Shown here in pieces: positions 25,963-39,469 of a stretch of DNA of 64,000 bases. The stretch covers positions 56,236,001-56,300,000 of the forward strand of contig NW_024704742.1 in NCBI RefSeq assembly GCF_018977255.1. The letters run 5' to 3'. A model generated the notes under the pieces. That model was given only the letters and a program-made list of their open reading frames with translations. It was not told the DNA's origin and did not search any database. Source of the DNA: Callorhinchus milii. Taxonomy: Eukaryota. Made by a program: the position numbers and the translations under genes. Position 1 is the stretch's first letter; every line of letters begins with the position of its first letter.

Positions 25963-26419
25963 TCTTTAAAGATTCAGGTTGTCTTAAATTCTCTTCCGAG
26001 ATTTACTCCTAATTACTTTACTTCTAATCCTTTGTCATCTCTTGCCACTATTGCCATCACTGTCTCCTTTGATCTCCTCCATTGGTAAGTTGTCTCAAAA
26101 ACATATTTGTCTTTTTCCTGGAGGACATTTATTTCTCCCGTAACAACTCTATGATTTCTCTTTGAAGTCTGTGAGTACCCAGTACTTGATTTGACACTTT
26201 TTTACCAGGGAACATCAAAAATAAAGATTGAAAGTTGAAATTAAAAGCTGGAAAATAGTCTACGGCCTGGAGTAAAGGTCTTTGTGATCTTTACTAATTA
26301 AAGAAACATGAAGGAGATATAGAATATGAAAAGCCTGTTAAATTAAATAATTCTCCAGCAATCGGGGGAGATTATTTAATCGCAAAGCTTATCTTTAAGA
26401 CCAAGTTTAAGGACTGTCC

Positions 26420-26770
26420 TCTACCTTCTCTCACCTCCGTAATATCACCCGACTCCGCCACTACCTCACCCCTCAGGCCGCTGAAACTCTTGTTCATGCC
26501 TTCATCACCTCCAGGCTCGACTATGCAAACACTCTGCTTGTCGGCCTTCCCCACTCCTCCCTCCCCAGGCTGCAGATAATCCAGAACTCTGCACCCCGTG
26601 ACCTCTCCCGCACCAAACTCTGTGACCCCATCTCCCCCTTCGTAGCCTCCTTCAAGTCCCGCCTCAAGATTCTCCTCTTCAACCATGCCATCAGCCACCC
26701 CCCTTCCCATCCCCTCCCTTCTTCCTTTCTGACCTCAGCTTGGGTCTGAAATGCTGTAATCTTGTTGTTG
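26420..26770 (+). mobile_element. L2 3' fragment with internal deletion
   Basis: HLRNI.RLR.YLT..AAETLVHAFITSRLDYAN..IQNSA, joined to FKSRLK.LLF tail. Confidence 0.9.
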
Positions 26771-27074
26771 TCCCATTGATAAAGTGATCCTTGATAAAGG
26801 AAACCTAAAACTCTCTGTGCTTTTCTTTGTATTAATCTAAACAGCTTTACAATTTTAATAACCTTAAGTTACAGTACTAAACTAAATAATAATAATAATA
26901 ATAATAAATGTATAAAATTAAATAGGATGAAAGCATTATCTTCGTTTCTTGTCATTTTCTCTGTTTAATTCAATTCTTCCCTGCTCTCATAACGTTTTAA
27001 AATTCTAACTTGCCTCATTGAGGTAAAGATCGATATTCATTTTGTTGCTAAACATAATGACTTTATTAATATGT

Positions 27075-27390
27075 GCACAGTCTAGGCTGACACTCCAATA
27101 CAGTGCTAGGGGTGTGCTTCATTGTCAGAATTGTTGTCCTTTGGGTGAGACATTGAACTGAAGCCTGTCTGCCTGTCAACTGGCCATTAAAGATCCTATG
27201 GTACTATTTGAAAAGAGAAGGGAGTTTCTCTTGGTGGTCTGGCCAACTATCCCCCAGAGAAAACTGACCATTCACTTCATGGTTGATTGTAAGACATTGC
27301 TGTTTGCAAATTTGGTGTTGTATTTGCCTAAAACTGCACAGTCACTACACTTCATTGCAAAATTCTACCCATTAGCACTTTGATGCCTGA
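27075..27390 (+). mobile_element. DeuSINE body
   Basis: ctaggctgacactcca..cagtgct..gggtgagacattgaac..aaagatcctatggtactatttgaaaag. Confidence 0.8.
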
Positions 27391-27450
27391 ACAAGACTGC
27401 ACATCCATGCCTCATTGATGCTGCAGATTTGATCAGGTATTATGTCAGAT

Positions 27451-27722
27451 ATTCCAGGCAGAGGGCGAAACCTTGGGCAAGTTTCCTTACTCCACACGCC
27501 TAATAATAATCCCTCCAAAACCAAAAACAATAATAAATTGGTCATTTTCAATCTACGACTGTTTGTGGGACATTGCTGTGCGCAATTGGCTGCCGCGTTC
27601 GCCCACAAATATACAGTTAATTCACTTTACAGTATATTCTGTGAAGCGCTTTGGGACGTCCTCCCGACGTGAAAAGCGCTATATCAAATGCAAGGATTAT
27701 TATTATTATTATTATTATTATA
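27451..27722 (+). mobile_element. Young SINE, 5'-truncated
   Basis: Starts at attccaggcagagggcg; body near-identical to the 49730 copy; long (ATT)n. Confidence 0.95.
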
Positions 27723-28006
27723 TGTTTCATACGTTTCGCTCACAAAATACACAGTCAATCTGCTTTACAATATATTCTGTGAAGCACTTTGAGATGATTC
27801 AATGACATGATAAGGCACTATATCAACTGCAAGGAATATTGTTGTTATTTTTATCATTATAGTTTAGTTGGAGTGTCACAATATAGTGAAAGTATCAATG
27901 GCTTTATCTGTTAAAATAATCCATTCTACTGAAATCAACTATAAATCTTGAAGAAGAAATAAGAACTTAGACAGAATTTGTGAAGTTGTAAATTAAATAG
28001 AGTAAA

Positions 28007-28079
28007 AAATTCAATGATGCTTTTTCAAAGAATGTTTATATAAATTCAATGATGCTTTTTAAAAGAATGTTTATATAAA
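28007..28079. repeat. 35-bp tandem duplication
   Basis: aaattcaatgatgcttttt(c/a)aaagaatgtttatat x2. Confidence 0.9.
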
Positions 28080-29169
28080 AGAATAATAGAAATTTGCAAA
28101 TAAAAAATCACAAGCTTCATTTTTACTATTTTGTAGATTGTTACAAATTGGATAATGGACATGGATGTGGACTGCAATAAAATGATCTCATCAGTCCTAA
28201 ATCTAAGGCTAAGACAGTGTGATGCATGCCTGAGCTTCAAAAAACATTACTGCTGCTTATCTTATCTGACATATTTTTAAGGCAAGCTTCAGCAAATGGA
28301 AGTGCAACTGCGGTCACTGACTACATTTGAAATGTTCTCTGCTTCTTTCATCTCTCCAAACTATCAAGCAACAGAAAAGAAACAAATTCATCAGTGCCAA
28401 ATATACTGGAAATAGTTTTTATTTTTATAATGGCGTTTTAATATCTATAATTGATGTGAAATGTTTATTTTCAGGCAGAAACATGCCTTGGCTGCCTCAT
28501 TTGCTGCTAGATGTTTACACAATGTAATGCTGAAACCATCAGAGAGAGTCGATGCAGTACTTTCACAGAAAAATGAAAAAATGTAGAATCCTTTGAAAAT
28601 CCTGCCTGTCCAAATGTTTTCTGTGTCTAACAGAGCATGACAGAATTGCTTCACAGTATGGACATTGATTTGGATTTTGCTTTAGTGTATTCTAGAATCT
28701 ATGCCATTTTAAGAGGTCTTCTGCTTAAACATACCATCTGGATGTGAGGGAATCTTTTGAAGCGTTTGAGGATAAATATACTGTATTTTGGAAGCATGGA
28801 TTTCATTAAAATGATTGATCTCTACCATGCTAGTCAAAATGATGACCTTTCAAAAAATGAAATCAATATATGGGGACATCGGCATTGGCTAAAATCAATG
28901 TATTTATCTCATTCATATCAATAGCTGCATTCAGGTGCTATTTAGAAATGTTTTGATTGTTCTGTAAAAATTAGAGAAATCTAATTGATTAAACATATTA
29001 TGGTCAGGAGAGATTTTTGATATTTTGCCTCCTAATTTAAGCAACAGAGCGATATTTCTTGTATTGTCTGACCAGCTTTGAGCTATTATTTGAACCTGTG
29101 GGAATAACACCATACGAGTTCACACAGAATACATTTTTGTGTGCGTTTGGAAAGAGGCAGTTTTCTCAG

Positions 29170-30372
29170 AACAACAACAACAACAAGGTTACACTTGTAT
29201 AGCGCCTTTCACGTCGGGAAGACGTCCCAAGGCGCTGGACAGTGCACAGCATTTCAGACCCGAGCGGGGTTTGGGGGGGAAGGGAGGGGAGGAGAAGGTG
29301 GGTGGCCGATGGCATGGTCGAAGAGGAGGGTCTTGAGGCGGGACTTGAAGAAGGCTAAGGAGGGGGTGAGGTGGAGTGATTGGGGGATGGAATTCCATAG
29401 GTTGGGGTCAGAGTGGCTGAAGGCTCTCCCGCCAATGATGGGGCGGGTGGGTCGGGGGATGTGGAGCAGGCCAGAGCTGGCCAAGCGGAGGGCACGGGCA
29501 GGTTGGTAGGGGCTTAGGAGGTTGCAGAGGTAGGGTGGAGCGAGGTCATGGAGGGCTTTGTATGTGAGGACCAGGATCTTAAACTGGATCCTCTGAATGA
29601 TAGGGAGCCAGTGGAGTCGGGCGAGAGTGGGGGAGATGGGGTCATGGAGTTTGGTGCGGGAGAGGACACGGGCTGCAGAGTTCTGGATTATCTGCAGCCT
29701 GTGGAGGGAGGAGTTGGGAAGGCCGACAAGCAGGGCATTTGCATAGTCAAGCCTGGAGATGATGAAGGCATGAACAAGAGTTTCAGCGGCCTAAGGGGTG
29801 AGGTAGTGGCAGAGTCAGGCGATGTTATGGAGGTGAGGGAAGGCTGAGAGTGTCATGGCTTGAATGTGGGGGAGAAAAGACAGTTGAGGGTCGAACAAGA
29901 CACCGAGGTTCCTGACTGGCTGGTGAGTTGTAGTGAGCAACCATGGAGGTTGATGCTGCCAGAGGCTGAGGCGCTGAGGCGCTGGCGTGAGCCAATCAGG
30001 AGGGCCTCAGTCTTGTTCACATTCAACTGTAGGAAATTTGCCCTCATCCAGGACTTGATGTCCGACAGACAGTCTGTCAGGTCAGCAGTGGTCCTGGAGT
30101 TGAGGGTGGAGGCAGAAAGATAGAGTTGGGTGTCATCCACATACATGTGGAAGTTGTCCCCATTTCTGCAGATGATGTCACCAAGGGGGAGTATGTAGAT
30201 ATTAAAGAGGAGAGGGCCAAGGACAGAGCCCTGGGGGATGCCAGATGTGACAGTGCGGGGGTGGAGGAGAAACCGTTGGAGGCAACAAAGTGGAGACGGT
30301 GAGAGAGATAGGAATCGAACCAGGCAAGGGCAGGTCTATGAAGATTGAGTAAAGTGAAGAGGCAGAAGTGAG
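29170..30372 (-). mobile_element. L2 RT C-terminal half to 3' end
   Basis: PQGSVLGP..MYVDDTQLYLS..WMRANFLQLNVNKTE..GGRAFS..LKTLLF; (TTG)n tail. Confidence 0.95.
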
Positions 30373-31424
30373 GCAACCAAGAAAGGTATTTGATTAAGAT
30401 GAAGTCAGCCATTGAATTGCAATGTACAGCAACAACTGGACTATGATAATCTTGTTTGATATTATGAAATACAGCTTTATGCAAAGCACCCACGCAAAAT
30501 CAAGCTGAATTTAAGATAAGCTATATTAGGAGCTGACATAATTGCACACATTGTCTCTCTTGCTCATCTCTACAGTCTCAAGTGTGCTGTTGTGTAGACC
30601 CAGAATCTTAGTCAGCTTGTTCCATTGGAACGCGTCCCATTATACTAGTCCTGCACATCCTCTAATTTTATGTTTGCCCAAGAAATCGATCCAGTTTATC
30701 AGCTATTTCTCAAGCTATCAGATGTCATACTAGATGTAACAATGTGCACAGTAATAGTTCCATTACATTGCAGTCACACAACTTCTATTTTAGGCATCAA
30801 TAGTGACTGGTAGGTATTTGGTTTAAGAAGCACCTTCATAAATAAGGTCATTGATTAACAAAATGCTTCAACTTGTGATCAGTTCTTTACATCGTTCAAA
30901 TGAGTTGCTTTGTGGGTTCTGTGATCCACTTAACATTTTGATATGGATTTGCAGCCCATAGACCACTGAGAGAATGCGTCAAAAGTGTTTTGTTTAATTC
31001 AGTTTGCAGTTCACCTTCTTTGAAATATGAGCTACTGATTTTCAATAATAAATCGATAATTTCAAGCATGGGACATTGTCCTTCACTGTCATTAGAGTAC
31101 AAGTGGTTTCTATTTCAGATAGTACAGAAGTTTGTTCGCTGACTCTTATCTGTACATAATTAAAAATATAATTGCATTGGCCTATAGCCCATTCTGCCCA
31201 ATGTTCCTTGTCAATCCGGGAATCTCATGGTAGATGTGTCTCAGACTTTGTGTTTCCAGACGCCACACACCCATTTCCAGAGAATGAAAACTGCAATACA
31301 TTAAAGTATTACTATTTTAAATAAAAACACTTAGAATTCTTCAGACAAGTAATAAAATGTATATTCTTTCAGTCCAAATCTAATATTCTAGGAAAGCAAA
31401 CCTTTTAAGCCTTTATTATAATAA

Positions 31425-31932
31425 TGATGAAAAAATCCTTAAATTTAATATACCATATTATCACAGGACATTATCTTTGAGACATCCCAAAATGATTTAA
31501 AGCATATACTGTAAAGTGGTGTGACTGTGTGATTTGTGGGTGAAATATGGCAGCCAATTTAAGCAGAGTAATGTACCACAAAGTCATGATATGAATGAAT
31601 GACCAATTTTATTTGGGGGGAACATTGACCAGGAAAGAAACTCCCTTCTCTTTTTGAATTTTGCAATGTCCCGGCTCAGGGTCATGTTCCACCACTGTCA
31701 ACCCCTCTGGGACGCTACCCTGCGCGAGTGATGCTATATAATTGCAAGTTATTGTTATTGTCTCATCTGAAGGACAGAACCACTGCCAATGTAACACCCC
31801 CACCCTCCTCCCCTCCACACCAGCCCACTCCAGCTTTGCACTGAAGTGTCAGCATAGCCTACTATATGGGTTACAGGTTCACTCATAAGCCTTGTACCCA
31901 CAACCTCCTGATTCAGAGGCAAGTGAGCCAGG
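31425..31932 (-). mobile_element. Degraded DeuSINE with an L2-tail insert
   Basis: Head at 31932, Deu body, shared 3' module; L2 tail on the plus strand at ~31670-31760. Confidence 0.6.
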
Positions 31933-32483
31933 CCGATACAAATGCATAGATGATATACATGGAAGTGAACCAGTTGATTTAGACAACATACAACTGCAGC
32001 GCAGAGGATTAAAAAAACAACATTCAAGTGAGAGTAGAGATGAGAAGAAACAGTTCTCCCACAGTCATAAAATAGCTGAGCTGATTTCATTCTTCACATA
32101 GGCACTGGCTGTGATAGATACTGGTTATATGGATGGATGTGGACTAAGATATTCAGTTTTCCAGTCTTATTTTTCTCATTCCCAGCAAAAGAAACTTGGA
32201 AGACAAAATAGAGGGAAGACCATTCCAACACGCATAAGTGAAAGTGAAAGTTTTGTTTAAAGGGCTCTAATATGATTAATAGAGTCCCTTCACTCTTGCT
32301 AATGGACCTTGCAATAAAATGCCTCCATAGCAGTTTCTGATTTTCCTCCAGTGGTACAGAAAAGAGAATGAGATACAAGAAAATAAATTCGTCATTGGCA
32401 ATTGAAAATCCAGCACCCACAGTGAAAAGAAAAATTAAACAATGCACAAAAGCAGCTGCCAATTTGTGCACAGCAGGGTTCAG

Positions 32484-33715
32484 ACAACAATAACAACAAC
32501 AGTAAAGCACCTTTCAAGTTGGGAGGACATACCAAGGTGCTGGACAGTCAGGGTTTTGGACCTGAGCTGGGGGTTGGGATTGGGAAGGGTGGAGAGCAGC
32601 GGGGGAAGCTGGGTAATTGAAAGCACGATTGAAGGGGAGGGTCTTGAGATGGTTCTTGAAGGAGGAAAAGGAGGGGACGAGGTGGAGGGACTGTGGGATG
32701 GAGTTCCAGAGGGTGGGGGCAGAATAGCAGAAGGCCTGCCCACCAATGGTGACATGAAGCAGGCCAGAGTCCGCTGAGCAGAGGGAGTGGGCAGGATGGT
32801 AGGGTTTTAGGAGGTTGCAGAGGTAAGGGGTAGCAAGACCATGGAGGGCTTTGTAGGTGAGAAACAGGATCTTGAACTGTATCCTCTGTGTAATGGGAAG
32901 CCAGTGGAGTTGGGCAAGGATAGGGTTGATAGGGTCACAGAGTCTGGTGTGAGAGAGGACACAGGCTGCAGAGTTCTGGATGATCTTCAGTCTGTGGAGG
33001 GAGGAGTTCGGGAGGTGGACAAGCAGGCAGTTTGCATAGTTGAGCCTCGATGTAATGAATGCTTGTATCAGGGTTTTGGCGGGTAGCAGTGTGAGACAGT
33101 GGCGGAGCCGGGCGATGTTGCGGAGGTGGGGGAAGGCAGAGTGAGTCATGGCACAGATGTGGGGTAGAAAGGGTAGTTGAGGGTCAAACAAGACGCAAAT
33201 GTTCTAGACTGGCTTAGTGAGGTGGAGTGTGCAACCATGGATGGTGATGCTGTCAGGGCCTAAGGTGAGGAGGCACTGACGGGAGCCAATCAGGAGAGCC
33301 TCGGTCTTGTTGATGTTCAAAAAGTTAGCTCTCATCCAGGACTTGATGTTTGACAGACATTCTGTCAGGACAGCAGTGGTCCTGGAGCCATCTGCTAATG
33401 GACCATTAAGTTCGATTTAAGCCAGGTGCGTTTAGCGGCACACATCTGTGCTTTAAGGGAGCGGAGGAGGCTGGTGTACCATGGTGACTTACCTGAATAG
33501 GAGACTGTTCAGGAAGAGAGGGGAGCAAGGTAATCGAGAGTTGAGGAGATGGAGCTGTGGAGAAGAGTGACTGAGGAGGATAGATAATTGCGGGAGGAAG
33601 CACATACGGTGAGGCCCTGAGTGATTACCAGGTCGAGGGGATGACCACGGATGTGGATGCCAGAGTGGATGTGGAGGGAACGGTTGAGGAAGGAGATAAG
33701 GGAGGAGAAGTGAGT
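32484..33715 (-). mobile_element. Internally deleted L2: endonuclease C-terminus/linker joined to RT C-terminus and tail
   Basis: HIRGHPLDLVITQGL (33600-33715), WYTSLLRSLK..W (~33420-33480), then HLRNIARLR..ITSRLNYAN..HWLPI..LWNSIP. Confidence 0.88.
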
Positions 33716-34800
33716 ATGGTTGAAGAGGAAGGTTTTCAGGTGGGACTTGAAAAAGGGGAGAGAGGGGGTAAGGCAGAGGGATTGAGGGAGACCGTTGAAG
33801 AGTTTTGGGGTGTAGTGGCTGAAAGCGCGACCTCCGATTGTGGGGAGAAGGGTGCAAGGGACGAGTAGGAGGCCGGTGCCAGTTGAACAGAGACACTGGG
33901 TGGTGGATTGGAGAGTGAGGAGGTCGGAGACGCAGGGATTTGAACACAAGTCTTGAAGTTGATCTGTTCGGTGATGGGGATCCAGAGGAGCCTGGCCAGA
34001 ACTGGTGAGATGTGGGTACAGAGTTTGGTCCAGGTAAGTATGCGGATGCATTGTTCTGAATGAGCTGGATCTTTTGAATAGTGAAGCTGGGGAGATCGGC
34101 GAGGAGTGTGCTTGAGTAATCCAAGTGAGAGGTGGCAAATGCATGCACGGGGGTTTCGGCTGCATTTGGGATAAGCTACGGTCGGAGACAGGCAATGTGG
34201 CAGAGGTAGAAGAAGGCGTTCCTGGTCAGGGACCGGATGTGTGGGAGGAAGGACAGCTGGGGTTGAACCGGATGCCTAGGTTGCGCACTGGTTTGGTGAG
34301 TCCGAGGGATAGCCCAGGGAGGTTGAGGAATTTAGATCCACAGGAGTGAAGATGTTGATGGGAGCCAAGGAGTATGGCTTCCGTCTTGTCCATATTTAGC
34401 TGTTGGAAGTTTACACTCATCAGGCCTTGATGTCTGCCAGACAAGCTGATAGGACATCAGCGGATCTGGAGTTGGTTCTGGAGGAGGCAAAGTAGATTTG
34501 TGTGTCATCCTCATACATGTGGAAGTTTACCCCGTGTCTGCGGATGACATCGCCAGAGGGAGCATATGTATAAGGAAAAGAAGAGGGCCAAGAAGGATGG
34601 AGCTCTGGGGTAACCTGCAGGTGACTGGGTGGGGGCGGGAGGAGAAACCATTTTCCGAGGTGAAATGGAGGCAGTTGGTTAAGTAGGACTTGAACCACTA
34701 AAGTGGATGAGGGAGGAGAGGTGGTGGAGGAGGATGGCATGGTTGACTGTGTCAAATGCGGCACAGAGATCCAGGAGGACGAGGAGGCAGAGGGAGCCTT
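33716..34800 (-). mobile_element. Second L2 RT fragment abutting the previous copy
   Basis: LLDLCAAFDTVNH, HGVNFHMYEDDTQIY, GGRAFS..LKTFLFNH; no tail. Confidence 0.9.
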
Positions 34801-35344
34801 GAATATCAAAACTTTTCACATTATGATCAGGTTCAAAGAAAAGCTTCTCTGACCTTTTTGGCTGCCTGATCTTCCTCATCTATTAAACCTTACTGGCTAA
34901 TGCTGCAGAAAATTATTAATTAAACCAGGACTGTAATCTGCTGTCAATGTTTAGCTGCTGCAATGAAAACACTGAATCACAAAGTATGATCTGCCTGATC
35001 TGAGCCCGTTAAAGATTGGACCTAGATCTTTTGACTGGCAGATGGATACAACCTTCTGTTTTAGACCATTCCAGCTGGCTCTGCCACTCAGCCAAAACTT
35101 GTGCATAGTGTTTCGATCGACAAAAGGATGCATATGCGAGGGCAAAGACTTGTGCCAGCTACGTCAGATTTAAATTAGGATTATTTTCTGTAGCTGGCAA
35201 GTATAGCTGGTGGCAGAGCTCATTAGAACTGTGATGGAGAGATCAACACAGACCTGATGGTCTGCATATTTATTACTTTCCTAGTCAATTCTCATTAAAA
35301 TCTTACAGAACAATTGGGATCTAACATAATAATATGAATATAAT

Positions 35345-35785
35345 AATAGTAATAATAATAATCCTTGCATTTGGTATAGTGCCTTATCATGTTGTCGAGC
35401 TGCCTCAAAGCATTTCACAGAATATACTGTAAAGTGGAGTGACTTTTATTTTGTGGGCAAACTCAGCAGCCATTTGCACACAGCAGTGTCGCACAAACAG
35501 TCGTGGAATGAGTGGCCATTTCTGTTTGGGAGAATTTTTGACAGGGCACCGGGAGAAAATACATTTCCTTTTCGAATAGTGCCATGGGATCTTTATCGTT
35601 CACTTGAACAGGCAGCCGGGACCTCGGTTTAACGTGTTATCCGAAGACGACATCTCCAACAATGCAATATTCAACCCTCAGCACTGCTTTGGAATGTCAT
35701 CTTAGACATTCCAAGTCCTGACGTGGGGTTTGAACCCACAACCTTCTGACTCGGGGCCGAGAGTGCTACCACTGCACCAGGCAGC
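35345..35785 (-). mobile_element. Near full-length DeuSINE (SacSINE1-like)
   Basis: tRNA-like head, Deu domain (cggataacacgttaaaccgagg..aaagatcccatggcactattcgaa), shared 3' module, (ATT)n. Confidence 0.88.
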
Positions 35786-35906
35786 ACTATTTAGTAAGCT
35801 ATCAAAGGTTTCCTCCGGGTAAAGTACAATATAATTGAGGGGGAATTGAATTTAAATAGCATAATAATAAATAACAATAATAATAAACAAATGCATAACA
35901 TTGCCA

Positions 35907-36218
35907 AGTCCTGTAGCTCAATGTTTAGAGAACTCACCTCGCGAGGGAGAAACCTAGGTTCGATTCCTGGCAGGGTGAAACCATGGGCAAGTTTCTTTAC
36001 TCCACGCGCCTGATAATAATCCCTCAAGAAAAAGAAATAATAAAATAATAATTTGGTGACTCAATCCACGACTGTTTGTGGGACATTCCTGTGCACAATT
36101 GGCTGCTGCATTTCGCTCATAAATATACAGTCAATTCGCTTTACAATATATTCTGTGAAGTATGTTAAGACGTCTAGAAGATGTGAAAAGCGTTACATCA
36201 AATGCAAGGATTATTATT
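35907..36218 (+). mobile_element. Short-form tRNA SINE, more diverged copy
   Basis: gtcctgtagctcaatgtttagag head; lacks the ~65-bp long-form segment. Confidence 0.9.
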
Positions 36219-36490
36219 TGAAATAGCATTTGTGAATATAGCTTTAAAAAAAATGTCTTAATGTGTTGCTTGTGATGCATTCACGTATCAGCCTGGCTCA
36301 GTGGATAGTTCTCTCATTTCTGGGTCAGAGGGTTGTGAGTTGAAGCCATCTTCAAGAAGCTTAATTAATCTCATCTAGGCTTACTCTCCAAAGAAGTGCT
36401 GGAAGTGTGCGACACTGTCAGAGGTGCTGTTTTTCAGATTAAACCGACGTCCCATTTCTCTGGGCAGGTGGGCATTAGGTAGCACTATTT

Positions 36491-37188
36491 AGAAAGTTAG
36501 TCTGCAGGTGCAGCAGCAATTAGGAAGGTGAACGGTATGTTAGCATTCATTATGAAAGGGTTAGAGTATAAGAGTAGGGAAGTCTTGCTGCAACTGTATA
36601 GGGCCCTGGTGAGACCACACCTGGAATACTGTGTCCAGTTTTGGTCTCCTCATTCAAGGAAGGATGTACTTGCCTTGGAGGGGGTGCAGTGTAGATTTAC
36701 TAGGTTAGTACCAGGGATGAAGGGGTTAAGTTACGAGGATAGGCTGACCAATTTGTGCCTATATTCTCTAGAATATAGAAGAATTAGAGGGGATCTTATA
36801 GAAACCTATAAGATCATCAAAGGGCATGATAGAGTAGATAGTGGGAGATTGTTTCCCCTGGTTGGAGAAACTAAAACCAGGGGTCACAATCTTAAAATCA
36901 GAGGCCAGCCCTTTCACACTGAGTTGAGGAAGAACTTCTTCACTCAAAGGGTGGTGAATGTATGGAATTCACTACCCCAAAGGGCTGTTGACGCTAGTCC
37001 TTGAACATATTCAAGACTGAGATAGATAGATTTCTTATTGCAAAAGGGATTAAGAGATATGGGGATAAGGCAGGGTTATGGTATTAGCTGGAGTTACATT
37101 AGAAGATCAGCTATGATTGAATGGCGGGGCAGGCTCGAAGGGCCGAATGGCCTACTCCTACTCCTACATGTTATGTTATGTGTTATGT
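36491..37188 (+). mobile_element. Young CR1 3' fragment inserted in a DeuSINE
   Basis: 158-aa open CR1 C-terminus (RPHLEYCVQFWSP..RGDLIETYKI..FFTQRVVNVWNSLP); tattt duplicated at 36486 and 37189; DeuSINE halves at 36286-36490 and from 37189. Confidence 0.95.
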
Positions 37189-37479
37189 TATTTGAAAAGA
37201 GAAAGGATGTTCTGACGAAGATCCTCCAAATAATTTTGGTCATTCATTCTCTTCATGACTGCTTGTGTGAAATTGCTTTGTGCAAATTGACATTTATCAA
37301 GAGGATTGTTGACCATCAATTGTTGACTCCCTTCTCTTTTCCAATACTGTCATGGAATCTTTAATGTCCACTTGAAGACGTCTAGAAGATGTTGCCTTGC
37401 GAACTGAAATATGAAAGCACTTTCTGTGTCCCATTAGGCATCTTCTCTTTTTAAGGTAGGATATTCATGGCTTGTCTAG

Positions 37480-37930
37480 ATTATTTAATCTCTCCTCAAA
37501 GCTCAAATCTAACACAGGGGATTAGACTTCATTGATCACCTCTGCCCTGCTTCTTGGCCACTCATGACACAGAAACCAGAAATATGTGAAGTCCTCTAAG
37601 TGCACCATAGCCAGCTTGGCCATAAATTCTGGGGATCAGAGCTCAGTAATTTGGCAATATAGCCACAATCTTGTTTGCATAAATTCTGGGGATCAGAGCT
37701 CAGTAATTTGGCAATATAGCCACAATCTTGTTTGCTCTGTTTACTGCTAATTCACACTGATAGGCGGTGAATCAACACACATCTCTCAGCTCCTTTCAAT
37801 TTTGCCCTTGTGAAGTTCTGTCCTATCCATGCAGTATATGTGTCTCCTGTTATTACTTTTGAAATGTGATATCTTGCAATTTCACCTTGTTGAACTCCCA
37901 TTTGCCAGTTGTTTTTGATCCCAATAGATG
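37480..37930 (-). mobile_element. Very old CR1 RT fragment
   Basis: WQMEFNKVK..H-like motif, ANKI..YIAK, HLE..FW. Confidence 0.6.
37621..37735. repeat. Perfect 57-bp tandem duplication
   Basis: cataaattctggggatcagagctcagtaatttggcaatatagccacaatcttgtttg x2. Confidence 0.95.
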
Positions 37931-39469
37931 TATCTGTAGGGCATTTAATGCCGTAAATCCAGAAATATTCAACAATGGGTAAACTTAAAAACACTAATGA
38001 TCAAACACGGATTTTTTTCCCCATCCAGAATTTCTCTCATCTATGATTGAGGAAGTCTTTGGTCATGTCTGTGCTAATTCTAGTACTCATGGTAATAATA
38101 ATAATAATCCTTACATTTGATATAGTGCCTTTCATATCAAGAAGATGTCTCAAAGCACTTTACAGGATATACTCTAAATGTAATTACTGTGTATTTTGCA
38201 GGTTGAATGTGGTAGCCAATTTGCAGACAACAATGTCCTACAAACAGCCATGAAGGGAATGATCAAATTTATTTGGGGTATTGTTGGTTAGGACATGCTC
38301 TTTTTTATAGGTGATGCCAAGAGCAGGTTGGATCCTACATTGCTGAACATCTTAGTTTAATACATAAATATTATTCTGACCTCACTGTGTCTTATCACTT
38401 CATCTCTTCACTCTCTCTTTTCCTCTATTGGTTTTTTAGCTATTAACATCCACAATTCATTAATTTAGTAGAGATTCTGGTTGAATTTGGTTAAGCAACT
38501 CATCCTCCACACAACTCTTGAATCTTGAGATAGTTTTGGATAGTACTTGTGAGTGTATTTCTACACTCGTAATCTAAATTATGACTTTGTTGAAGCATTA
38601 CCGAAGTCAGTGAAAGTGTGTTACTATCAAGAAGAACCATACAGGCACCCTGCTACTTCTGGATTAATCGTCATTCCACTGCGCAAATATGTTTTTCTCT
38701 GATAAAAAATGTACAATGAAGAACAAATCTAAAAAAATACATAAAACCTTGGCAGACTGAGAGACACAAACATAAACGCTTCATACAGGACATTTAATCC
38801 AGTTTATCAAATGCCTTGCATTTAAACTCATTTCAGATGAGACTCTGGAATAAATTGAAATTGGAGGTTCCCACAGATTTGGGTGGCTCTTAAAACTTCA
38901 CAGTTCCTGTAAGTCTTTCATGCTGAACTGGGTGTCTTATTTAGAGGAATATTCTTGCTCCTAGTGCTCTCACTAGAGCCCTTAATCTTCCACCTACATG
39001 AATGATGTTCATCTTTCTTATATTGCTGAAGTTTCATCTTTCATTGTACAACAACTCCTCACATCATTCTGGGTTATGTTGCGTCAAAATAATTCTTCAC
39101 TTAAAGACTGTAATTTGGCCTTCATCTGGATTCTGACACTCATTGTATGAAGTAGAAAGGACTGGAATGATTTAGAGCTACGTCATTGGTGTCAGATATC
39201 CTAATTGGATGAAAAGCAACATAATTTACAGGAAATATAAAATGTCATTTTCAAGGTTTGCCCCATGAACTTGCTATTGAAGTGAAAGCTTCTTCCAACA
39301 ATGATATGGTTGTGTTTGAGTCAGACTGAACTGATTATTCCTTGTAAATGTTTTCAATGTAAAATATTGCTGAAGTTTTATTGAACAGCTACTAGGCATT
39401 CATTTTTTATTTGTTATGAATTGAAATAAAATAAAATGAATTCATGGTTTGTGCTTTGTTTTAGTCTAG

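Noticed and set aside
30896..31102. Protein-like minus-strand ORF (..LEIIDLLLKISS..)
   Set aside because: Weak acceptor, no donor, no recognisable homology
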